Of a stretch of 64,000 bases of DNA, positions 56,244 to 64,000 are shown piece by piece; position 1 is the stretch's first letter, and each line of letters opens with the position of its first letter. Under the pieces are notes generated by a model. The model did not search any database, was not told the origin of the DNA, and saw only the letters and a list, made by a program, of their open reading frames with translations. Made by a program: the position numbers and the translations under genes. The stretch is from Candidatus Nanoarchaeia archaeon (GTDB lineage: Archaea; Nanobdellota; Nanobdellia; WJKC01). The DNA lies in contig JBAZFG010000001.1 of NCBI GenBank assembly GCA_041653515.1, positions 74,332 to 138,331 of the forward strand, in the 5' to 3' direction.

Positions 56244-56954
56244 TTATGCTTTCAACTGTTTTTCGATTTCAGTTTTAGAGTACTTCTTGAATTCACCATC
56301 AATAACCACTATTTCAATGTGGTCGCTGCTAAACTTATTTTTTAAGTAATACTTTAACGCGTTGATAGCCAGATTAATTGTTTGTTCAGTAGTTAATCCT
56401 TCCTTGTAATTTTTTTCTAAGTACTTATTAACAACACTACTACCCTCACCGATTGATATAGCTTTGTACTTAAAGAAAATGCCTGCTGGTTCAGTAACAT
56501 ATAACCTTGGCCCGTTTGAATCAATTCCACCCACTAATAATGATACTCCGAAAGGCCTTGTACCTCCATATTGTGTATATAATTGCTTGTAGTCACAAAC
56601 CCTGCTCACAAGGGTTGATAACTCTATAGGTTCATCATACATTAATTGATGTTTCCTAGCTTCATCCTGGGCTTTTTTAATTAATACTCGGGCGTCACCC
56701 AGTAGCCCTGAGCCCGCGCCAGCAACATGTGAGTCAATCTGGAATACTTTCTGCGAGCCTTCATCATCCATTAAAATAGTGGGGATTATTCGTTCAGCGA
56801 TGAATATAACACTATTCTTTGCTGTAATGCCTATTACTGTCGCACCTTTCTTAACTGTCTCACGAGCATACTCTACTTGTAATAACCTGCCGTCAGGCGA
56901 GAAGACCGTAATAGCGCGGTCATATCCTAACATATCAGTTGGTAAATTTGGCAT
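56244..56954 (-). CDS. psmA: proteasome subunit alpha
   Basis: YDRAITVFSPDGRLLQVEYA signature. Confidence 0.9.
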   Translation of the reverse strand: MPNLPTDMLGYDRAITVFSPDGRLLQVEYARETVKKGATVIGITAKNSVIFIAERIIPTILMDDEGSQKVFQIDSHVAGAGSGLLGDARVLIKKAQDEARKHQLMYDEPIELSTLVSRVCDYKQLYTQYGGTRPFGVSLLVGGIDSNGPRLYVTEPAGIFFKYKAISIGEGSSVVNKYLEKNYKEGLTTEQTINLAINALKYYLKNKFSSDHIEIVVIDGEFKKYSKTEIEKQLKA

Positions 56955-56957
56955 TTT

Positions 56958-57272
56958 TTATTGTTCCCCTATCATTATTTTCTTAGCTTTTTTTAATGAG
57001 CCTGTTGTTTTTATTGTTTTGGTTTTCATACCTTTAATCAAACCGAGAACGATTTTGAGCTCGTTAACCATTAAATAATTAACCCTTACAATTCCTCTTT
57101 TATTACTCCAGTGTTCTGGGAGGAATATCAAACCCATTTCCCCGGTTCCTTTCTCACCTAAGAACGCAAGGGACTCCTTATAAATGTTATCTTTCACTGT
57201 TTCGTAAGCCTTATCCTCAAGTGTTTCAAAGACAACGTAACGTTTTTTCTCCCGCAAAGCTGGGTCTAACAT
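56958..57272 (-). CDS. rnp2: RNase P protein component Pop5 (Rnp2)
   Basis: REKKRYVVFE N-terminus, ~104 aa, operon position upstream of psmA. Confidence 0.7.
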   Translation of the reverse strand: MLDPALREKKRYVVFETLEDKAYETVKDNIYKESLAFLGEKGTGEMGLIFLPEHWSNKRGIVRVNYLMVNELKIVLGLIKGMKTKTIKTTGSLKKAKKIMIGEQ

Positions 57273-57280
57273 AAAATTAT

Positions 57281-58063
57281 ATGGAAAATAAAAGACTTTA
57301 TAAATCCTGTTATCTAAGAGTATATCCTATGCTAACACAGCAGGATTTATTAAACACTAATAAAAGCTTTTTATTAAGTGATCTTAGGCAAGTTAAAGTC
57401 TTTAATGAAGTAATTGATTTATTACCCAAACCTGAGTTAGAATCTATTGCTGATTACCTTAACTTAAATTATGTTAAAAAAACTATATGGCCAACAATTT
57501 CTAAGAGCGAAATCGCGGCTAATGAAGAACCATTTGTTGATTTTATTAAAGCTTCAATGGATTGTTTAAAAACAGATGAATTAACTGCTTATTCAACAAT
57601 AATTGATTTAATTGATAACGCAAGCTTTAGGCTTCTTAATAAAGAATCATTAAAAGATAATCACTTGTTTGATTTTTATGCTAAGAAAAAAGAGCTTTTT
57701 GAATTAATTGACTCAGAGTCATTTGATGAAGTAAGAACTACACTGGGCTTTAATCTTGGCGCTAGCCAAGAATCAATTGATAATTATTTGGATAAAATAA
57801 TTAATTATTACGCTGCCAGCGCAACTTATGATGTGTTAAGAAAGAAAAATGTTAAGCATAATCATAAACTTCTTGATGATTGCATTAAACCTCTCGCTGC
57901 TGACGCTTACAGCCACTTCGTTAATATAATGACTGTTTACTCAAGCGGGCTTGAAGTTAAAGCAATAACTGCAACTAATCAAGGCGTGTTTGACATGTAT
58001 TCTGATGCGAAAGAAAATATTGAAAAAACTATTAGTTTAATGAAACCTTATCTCGCGAAATAA
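57281..58063 (+). CDS. hypothetical protein (260 aa) on the opposite strand inside the exosome superoperon
   Basis: ORF only. Confidence 0.4.
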   Translation: MENKRLYKSCYLRVYPMLTQQDLLNTNKSFLLSDLRQVKVFNEVIDLLPKPELESIADYLNLNYVKKTIWPTISKSEIAANEEPFVDFIKASMDCLKTDELTAYSTIIDLIDNASFRLLNKESLKDNHLFDFYAKKKELFELIDSESFDEVRTTLGFNLGASQESIDNYLDKIINYYAASATYDVLRKKNVKHNHKLLDDCIKPLAADAYSHFVNIMTVYSSGLEVKAITATNQGVFDMYSDAKENIEKTISLMKPYLAK

Positions 58064-58730
58064 TTTTTTCTTGAGCGTAATTTAATGCTTTCTTTGACTC
58101 GTCAGGCTTAAGACCAAGTAATTCACCCATTGCTAAGAGTGATTGAGCGCACGCTAAATCAGCTTCTTTTTCAGCCCCACTCGAAATAATGATTGGCACT
58201 TTTTTCTTAACACAAATCATTATCTCCTGCTTCATTCTGCCCCAGACTAGGGCTCGTTTTTGTCCATTAGTGCTTCTTAGCTCATTGAAAGTGAATAATA
58301 AACAAACTTTGTTGTGACTCATTATCTTAGCCGCAACATTATCAATAAGGGTCCATCGGTGATGAAAATAATCATGACCACTTAATCTGTTTGGCAGTAC
58401 TGCGTCAACCAATGATTTTTCAATCGCGTGCCTGAATACTTTTTCATCCGGGTGTTTTAGTACAATAAAGCCCTTAACCTCTGCAGTCTTGTTTTTTAAC
58501 TCCTTAATTGATTTAGCAGTAATGATTACTGGCTTCATAAACCCTTTAAAACCATACCAAGCGGTTTTAACAACTGTTGGGCTAAAATCATAAAACTTCA
58601 TTGAACCATAACTAATAATAGTAATCTTTAAAAAACCTTCATCGCTTCTGTTTTCTTTATGGCTAAGAAGTTCAAGGAAGCTCAGGACCGGTTGTTTGCC
58701 GGTGTCTTTGTCTGCCGTAAGTGCAAACAC
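58032..58730 (-). CDS. rnp3: RNase P protein component Rpp30 (Rnp3)-like. Start uncertain; likely the internal Met at ~58598
   Basis: C-terminal KKVPIIISSGA segment typical of Rpp30, and operon context. The N-terminal 44 codons of the tracked ORF overlap the eL40 gene on the other strand. Confidence 0.55.
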   Translation of the reverse strand: MFALTADKDTGKQPVLSFLELLSHKENRSDEGFLKITIISYGSMKFYDFSPTVVKTAWYGFKGFMKPVIITAKSIKELKNKTAEVKGFIVLKHPDEKVFRHAIEKSLVDAVLPNRLSGHDYFHHRWTLIDNVAAKIMSHNKVCLLFTFNELRSTNGQKRALVWGRMKQEIMICVKKKVPIIISSGAEKEADLACAQSLLAMGELLGLKPDESKKALNYAQEKIISRDKVSLN

Positions 58731-58835
58731 AAAGTTAAGAGCAGTCCTATGCGCGTTAAGGATGGTAAGACTAAGTGTCGTTTCTGTGGTCGACGCGCTC
58801 TTAGGCCTAAAAAGAAAGAAAAGAAAGCAGTCTAA
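58659..58835 (+). CDS. rpl40e: 50S ribosomal protein eL40 (58 aa), missing from the ORF track
   Basis: MAKKFKEAQDRLFAGVFVCRKCKHKVKSSPMRVKDGKTKCRFCGRRALRPKKKEKKAV carries the eL40 pattern RLF…CRKC…KCRFCG…LRPKKK. Confidence 0.6.
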   Translation: MAKKFKEAQDRLFAGVFVCRKCKHKVKSSPMRVKDGKTKCRFCGRRALRPKKKEKKAV

Positions 58836-59080
58836 ACCGTTTCTTTTAGTACAAGTAAGTTCTTTAGTTCCTTTTTGAGTTTAGCTCTGACAGGCACGAT
58901 AGATTGGCCGTACTCAAGTGATTCATCAAGGTTGTTAATCATAGTCTGTAATTGATTAATTAATTCATCAAGTTTTTTACCAAGCTTAATAGCATCCCTT
59001 AATTCACTTATATTAAGGTCACCCTTAACGCTTTTAAAAGCAGAGTAATCCTTTTTTAGTAAGGCAAGCTCTTTTTTCAT
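58832..59080 (-). CDS. small coiled-coil protein (82 aa)
   Basis: ORF only. Confidence 0.35.
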   Translation of the reverse strand: MKKELALLKKDYSAFKSVKGDLNISELRDAIKLGKKLDELINQLQTMINNLDESLEYGQSIVPVRAKLKKELKNLLVLKETV

Positions 59081-59118
59081 TAGCTTTAATTAATACTGTT
59101 GATTATTTTAAGACTTTA

Positions 59119-59865
59119 CTAAACTAAAGCTTCAATTGACTTTGCTTGTTCTTTAATCATTTCTGAGATGTTATTTATTTGGTAATTAATGCTTTTTTCA
59201 ATCTCTTCTCTTTTTGCCTTGTTAAACATTTTTTGGAGCCCTTCTCTCATTTCATTTAGAACTTCAGACTCACTCACCGCAGTCATGCCGGTTAAGTATT
59301 CATTAATCAGTACTTCTTTGTTACTTTCAAGTTGTTCTTTAAAAGATTCTAATACCCTAACCATAACTGTTAAGGATATCTTGTAAGTTTCTTTATACTC
59401 ACTTATATTAGATTTTAGTTTATCAAAAACATTTTTTCTAGCAATTGGGTCTGGCAAACTGTACAAATTATAAATTGTTTCCACAATAATCTTAATGAAA
59501 TTATCATCATCATAGCGGTTCATGTTGCGGAATTTATCTGTTAGTTTTTTTAAATTATTGGCTGGTTTCTTTATATCTTCAAACAACTTGTTGAGCTTCT
59601 CTACTTTTTTACTAACTAGACCATCCTTTAGTTCATTGGTTATTACTATCTCGTTTAATTCTCCTTTAACCTTAAGCTCGGATTTTATTAACATGTTACC
59701 AAGCCGGCCCATTTTTTTTGATAATTTGCCAATAATCTCCTTTGAGTCTGAAGACTTCTTAATGTTTTCAAGTAAATCTTCAAGCACATCAAGATGCTTC
59801 TTTAATCCTTCAGAGAATTCTTTTATTGATTCCTTGAGTTCTTCTAAGTTATCAATTAATTCCAT
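59119..59865 (-). CDS. coiled-coil protein (248 aa)
   Basis: Lys/Glu-rich heptad-like sequence. Confidence 0.4.
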   Translation of the reverse strand: MELIDNLEELKESIKEFSEGLKKHLDVLEDLLENIKKSSDSKEIIGKLSKKMGRLGNMLIKSELKVKGELNEIVITNELKDGLVSKKVEKLNKLFEDIKKPANNLKKLTDKFRNMNRYDDDNFIKIIVETIYNLYSLPDPIARKNVFDKLKSNISEYKETYKISLTVMVRVLESFKEQLESNKEVLINEYLTGMTAVSESEVLNEMREGLQKMFNKAKREEIEKSINYQINNISEMIKEQAKSIEALV

Positions 59866-59884
59866 ACAATATTAAAATAAACCA

Positions 59885-60121
59885 TCAATTTAAGTAATTT
59901 TCATTTTCAAGCAAATCAGTTTGTAGTAAACAATAATATGCTAGTAATAACTCGTTAGGCAAGTTATCAACCTCTTTTAATTGATTAGAATCAATCATTA
60001 ATTTGTAATCCAAATCCTGCTTGTCAAGAAATTTAAGGCCATCAGTAATGTTATTCATTAATCGCTGGTTATCAATCAATAAGCCAATACTCTTAGTTAT
60101 CTTAGACAAGTAATTGTTCAT
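59885..60121 (-). CDS. hypothetical protein (78 aa)
   Basis: ORF only. Confidence 0.3.
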   Translation of the reverse strand: MNNYLSKITKSIGLLIDNQRLMNNITDGLKFLDKQDLDYKLMIDSNQLKEVDNLPNELLLAYYCLLQTDLLENENYLN

Positions 60122-60157
60122 TAATTTTAATGACTTGACTAGCTCTTTTATAAGCTT

Positions 60158-61000
60158 TTACGTTCTGATGCTTGCGCTTGTCTTTCCTGTCACACCGCTT
60201 AGTAAGTCAAGCATTGAGTAAGTGCTGCCATGCTCAATGATTATTGGCTCAGTCACAGCGCCCAGCTCAATTGACTTATTTAAGGCTTCAGGCCAGCCGC
60301 CGAGCTCATCAATTAAGCCGTATTCAAGCGCTTCATAGCCCAGGAAGAAGGAGCCGTTAGCATAAGTTAGGAAATCAGTCTTGTTCATGCCCCTGTACTC
60401 AGCTGTCTTGTTAACAAATGAATCATAAACCATTTCCAATTTATTAATAATCCACTCGCGCTCCTCATCAGTGAGCGGGCGGTAACTGCTCATAATATCT
60501 TTATGCTCAGGATAAGATAAGTTAACATAAGTAATGTTATAACGCTCCATTAAACCTGAGTACTCAAGGTAATCCATAGCCACACCAATACTACCAACAA
60601 TACTGTATTCATGAGCCACTATGTAATCACAAGCACTCGCAATCAAGTAAGCCCCACTAGCACCTGCGTCCCTGATTAATGCTACAGTTGGTTTGCCAAG
60701 TTCACTAACTGCCCGCGCTATCTCAGCACTACCAACACTTGAGCCCCCACCACTATTAATATCAATAATAACTGATTGAATGATGGGGTTAGCCTTAATA
60801 TCAGCTAATTGTGATTCAATTGTTTTTAGTGAAGTGCCACTTGACAGTAAGCCTGAACCAGTAGTGGTTATCTCGCCAGTAATGCTGATTACAGCGATAG
60901 TGCCATAAGGCACTTGGAAGATTAAGCCAAGAGTGAAGCCGAGTAATACTGCGAATGATAATAATATTATGAAAACACTTAACACGCGGCCTAAATTCAT
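60158..61000 (-). CDS. sppA: signal peptide peptidase SppA (S49 family)
   Basis: SGGGSSVGSAEI…DAGASGAYLIASACD…GSIGV motifs and an N-terminal TM anchor. Confidence 0.85.
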   Translation of the reverse strand: MNLGRVLSVFIILLSFAVLLGFTLGLIFQVPYGTIAVISITGEITTTGSGLLSSGTSLKTIESQLADIKANPIIQSVIIDINSGGGSSVGSAEIARAVSELGKPTVALIRDAGASGAYLIASACDYIVAHEYSIVGSIGVAMDYLEYSGLMERYNITYVNLSYPEHKDIMSSYRPLTDEEREWIINKLEMVYDSFVNKTAEYRGMNKTDFLTYANGSFFLGYEALEYGLIDELGGWPEALNKSIELGAVTEPIIIEHGSTYSMLDLLSGVTGKTSASIRT

Positions 61001-61505
61001 ATTAATCCCTCAATTAGATTGATTCGCTTCTTGTATAAAACATTAACTCCAATTGATTGGTCAATCAATCGTTTGTTGTAAACCAATAAGCCTAACAAAT
61101 CAAACGGCAACGCTATTATCAGAGTTGATTTCAATAAGTTTCTTGCCACAAAAGACCATAAACTAGCTTTGCCCTCAACCCATATGTTCATTAATTCTTC
61201 CCAATCGTCCGACCAAAATAATACTCGCTTAAAGCCATGTAAAAACAAAAGATTACTGTAGCTGATAACAGTACGCCAAACATCACTGAAATAATGCTTT
61301 GGTTTAACAATAAGTAATCAACAGTCATTAACTCACTTGTCAACCCACTTGTTGATTGAAACACTGACATAAACGGTGTGTAGAATAATACATTAAAAAC
61401 TAATAAATCAATGAATAAAGCCAATGCTCGGCGCCATAAAGGTGCTGTGCCAGCCAGTAACTGTTCATCTGGTAATTCATAAGAATAATAATCAGGCTCA
61501 TCCAT
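60997..61505 (-). pseudogene. RDD-family membrane protein gene split by a 1-nt frameshift in a short A-run (61191-61505 N-part; 60997-61248 C-part)
   Basis: N-part carries the RDD motif (WRRALALFIDLL…GRTIGK). After a +1 shift the C-part continues with ELMNIWVEGKASL…RLIDQSIGVNVLYK. Restoring one A in gggaagaa(a)ttaatg gives a contiguous ~170-aa RDD protein. Confidence 0.6.
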
Positions 61506-61556
61506 TGAAGAAAGTTAAGTAACAATCTTTAAAAAACCTTGTCTTAATCCTCTATA

Positions 61557-63017
61557 TTGATGGACGCGCGCGAAATAGCAAAACAATTAGATGCTGGTTT
61601 AATAACTACTCGCCGAGCGCTTCATAACGCTTGCAAGAGCATTAAGTATACTGATGTGATGAAATGCGTTAAAAAAGAATCATCTCGTTACTTGCTTCAA
61701 CGAAAACCAACCCGTTCAATGAGCGGTGTTAGTGTTCTTGCGTTAATGTGCGCGCCTCACGATTGCCCTGGTAAGTGCGTTTATTGCCCTAAAGGTGATA
61801 ATGCACCCCAGTCTTACACTGGCTTAGAGCCTGCTGCGATGAGAGCAATTAATAATAATTACGACCCTTACAAGCAAGTAATTGACCGGTTAAAACAGTA
61901 TGAAGCAACAGCTCATGATAGTACTAAAATAGAAGTGGTGATAATGGGTGGTAATTTCTTAAGCACGCCAATTAATTATCAAACTGATTTTATTAAGAGT
62001 ATTTATCAAGCGCTTAATAACACTAAGACTGATAATCTGAGTGAATTAAAAAAAGAAAATGAGACTGCCCTTCATCGTTGTGTTGCAATGACTGTTGAGA
62101 CTAGGCCTGACGTGTGCGCTGATAGTGATATTAAACGATTGCTTGATTATGGCGTGACGCGGGTTGAACTTGGGTGTCAGAGTGTTTATGATAATGTTTT
62201 GGAAGAAGTTAATCGCGGTCATAACGTTAAGTGCGTTAAAGAAGCCATTAAGCGATTAAAGGATGTTGGCTTGAAAGTTGATTTGCACGTGATGATTGGC
62301 TTGCCTGGCTCAAGTGCTGAGATGGATGTTAATATGTTTAAAATTTTATTCACTGACCCTGATTTTAGTCCTGACGGATTAAAAATTTATCCCTGCTTAA
62401 TTGTTAAAGGCACTAAATTGTATGATGATTGGTTTGCAGGTAAATACACTGCTTTAACTGATGAAAAAGCAGCGAGCATTATTGCTCAAGGTCTTGAGTT
62501 CATTCCGCCTTGGGTTAGAGTTAAACGCGTGATGCGCGACATACCGACCACTGCGATTAGTGCTGGGCCTAAATTAAGTAACTTGCGCGAAGTGGCTTGG
62601 GCTAAGATGATTGTTGAGTGTAATTGTATTCGTTGCCGTGAGACTGGTCGCAAACGAACCGCGGTTAACCCATCATTAAGTGTTATTGATTACATAGCGA
62701 GTGGTGGTCGTGAATTCTTCATTAGTTATGAGGACTTTAACACTGGCGCTTTAGTTGGGTTTGCCCGATTAAGGCTTGGCAGGGAAGCTTTTCTTAGGGA
62801 ATTGCATGTTTATGGCAAGACCACACCAGTCGGGCTTCCAGCAAATGACTGGCAGCATAAAGGTTATGGAGCTCTTTTGTTAAAAGAAGCAGAATTAATT
62901 GCGTTTGCTAATGGTTACAAATCAATTAACGTGATGAGCGGTGTTGGTGTTAGGGGTTATTACAGAAAACATGGCTACTTGCTTGAAGGTGACTTCATGG
63001 TTAAGTATAATAATTAG
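61557..63017 (+). CDS. elp3: Elp3-type tRNA uridine(34) acetyltransferase (radical SAM + GNAT)
   Basis: CPHDCPGKCVYCP radical-SAM cluster and a C-terminal GNAT domain (HKGYGALLLKEAE). Confidence 0.85.
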   Translation: MMDAREIAKQLDAGLITTRRALHNACKSIKYTDVMKCVKKESSRYLLQRKPTRSMSGVSVLALMCAPHDCPGKCVYCPKGDNAPQSYTGLEPAAMRAINNNYDPYKQVIDRLKQYEATAHDSTKIEVVIMGGNFLSTPINYQTDFIKSIYQALNNTKTDNLSELKKENETALHRCVAMTVETRPDVCADSDIKRLLDYGVTRVELGCQSVYDNVLEEVNRGHNVKCVKEAIKRLKDVGLKVDLHVMIGLPGSSAEMDVNMFKILFTDPDFSPDGLKIYPCLIVKGTKLYDDWFAGKYTALTDEKAASIIAQGLEFIPPWVRVKRVMRDIPTTAISAGPKLSNLREVAWAKMIVECNCIRCRETGRKRTAVNPSLSVIDYIASGGREFFISYEDFNTGALVGFARLRLGREAFLRELHVYGKTTPVGLPANDWQHKGYGALLLKEAELIAFANGYKSINVMSGVGVRGYYRKHGYLLEGDFMVKYNN

Positions 63018-63036
63018 TGTTTTCTATTAATTATTG

Positions 63037-64000
63037 ATGATTGTTTCTGAAATAATGGTCACCGATGTTAAGATTATTAATGGTGACGCTCAAGTATCTA
63101 AAGCTTTATCTTTAATGACTCGTGAGCACGTGAAGGAATTGCCAGTAGTTAATAATGGCGTGGTCGAGGGTTTGATTACTGTTCATTCAATCATTAGTCA
63201 CTCGGGCGCTGATATTAAAATTAATAAATTAATGTTCATGCCACCGGCGCTTAATGAAAATGATGACTTACTGACTGCGCTCAGGTTAATGAAAGAAGCA
63301 GGGGTTCAAGGTTTGCCTGTGATTAGTGATACTTTATTGGTTGGTTTCATTAGTGATTATGATATTATTAACGCGTTAAAGAGCGAACTGAAAGGATTCA
63401 CTGTTAATGATTTAATGAGGCAGTTACCTTCATCACTAAAACCTTCTGATAATATTGCTCATGCTAAACAATTAATGGCTCAGGAAAAAGTTACAGCCTT
63501 ACCAGTAATAAGTGATTACAGATTAGTCGGCGTGTTAAGTGAGGATGACTTGCTTGATTTTTATAAGCCAGCTGAGAAAATGGGTTATGGTGCTGGTGGT
63601 GAGGGTAACTCAGTTAAAACCCTTAACGCGATTATTAAATCAGTTATCCCTAAGAATTTTGAGTCAGTGCGCGTTGGTGAGAAACTAACAAAAGCAGTTG
63701 ATTTAATGATTAATCATCATTTATCAATGTTATTCATTGTTAATGACTCTGACGAGCCGGTTGGGTGCTTGAATCGTTTTGAGTTAATCAGGCGCTTGTA
63801 TGATGAGCACCAACCAAAGGATTTAATGATTAACTTATCAGGCTTGGAGCTTGACTCAGTGACTAACGCGTTATTAATTAAAGTGGTCAATGACCACTTA
63901 GCGCGGATTAATTATTTAGCTAAGAGCATTAAAGAGATTAGTGTTTATATCAAACCATTGCACGCTGGTGAAGGCGTGCGCAAGTTCGAGCTTGACTTAA
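63037..64000 (+). CDS. CBS-domain protein, 3'-partial (runs off the window end)
   Basis: Tandem CBS pairs (…LPVVNNGVVEGLITVHSII…; …LPVISDYRLVGVLSEDDL…). Open frame to base 64000; start at 63037 or 63055. Confidence 0.7.
   Translation, partial: MIVSEIMVTDVKIINGDAQVSKALSLMTREHVKELPVVNNGVVEGLITVHSIISHSGADIKINKLMFMPPALNENDDLLTALRLMKEAGVQGLPVISDTLLVGFISDYDIINALKSELKGFTVNDLMRQLPSSLKPSDNIAHAKQLMAQEKVTALPVISDYRLVGVLSEDDLLDFYKPAEKMGYGAGGEGNSVKTLNAIIKSVIPKNFESVRVGEKLTKAVDLMINHHLSMLFIVNDSDEPVGCLNRFELIRRLYDEHQPKDLMINLSGLELDSVTNALLIKVVNDHLARINYLAKSIKEISVYIKPLHAGEGVRKFELDL

Overview
This window is an AT-rich, gene-dense archaeal chromosomal segment. Genes sit on both strands, often with 4-nt overlaps, and the content fits a small-genome (DPANN-like) archaeon. 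The minus strand carries the conserved archaeal exosome superoperon (RNase P Pop5, proteasome alpha, SBDS, Rrp4, Rrp41, Rrp42, RpoK, uS2). Other recognisable genes are a 5'-truncated PCNA, adenine deaminase, class II ribonucleotide reductase NrdJ, GluRS, GlyRS, RNase J-like beta-CASP nuclease, archaeosine tRNA-guanine transglycosylase, Elp3, Dph6-like diphthine-ammonia ligase, desulfoferrodoxin, Ogg and Mpg DNA glycosylases, tRNA-dihydrouridine synthase, an ECF transporter (S, T, A, A'), PNP/UDP phosphorylase, a PfkB kinase, SppA, Memo and PAC2. RNA genes are a tRNA-Gly(UCC) and a stand-alone 5S rRNA that overlaps the 3' end of a HAD gene. I also call one ribosomal protein gene (eL40) that the ORF track misses.

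The most striking feature is a recurring architecture at 3' gene ends. Short GC-rich hairpin inserts share a conserved core (tGAyTCCCCCTy) and are each flanked by a 23-40 bp duplication of the 3' end of the neighbouring gene. This occurs at three loci (after dus, inside the C-terminus of the radical-SAM/ArcS gene, and after a small membrane-protein gene). A weaker version follows tRNA-Gly, but its insert lacks the shared core. A 1.54 kb AT-rich single-gene insertion also duplicates the last 26 bp of PCNA, including the stop codon. Together these look like an undescribed family of 3'-end-targeting integrative or miniature elements, or their scars.

Other notable items:
- a single polypeptide joining a radical-SAM (RaSEA-like) domain to the ArcS PC-X3-KPY-X2-S-X2-H catalytic domain, divergent from arcTGT;
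- an EF-Tu-fold protein with degenerate GTP-binding motifs;
- a putative HEPN (Rx4H) protein next to a mini P-loop NTPase preceded by a 24-bp tandem repeat;
- a Dph6-GATase translationally coupled pair;
- a frameshifted RDD gene.
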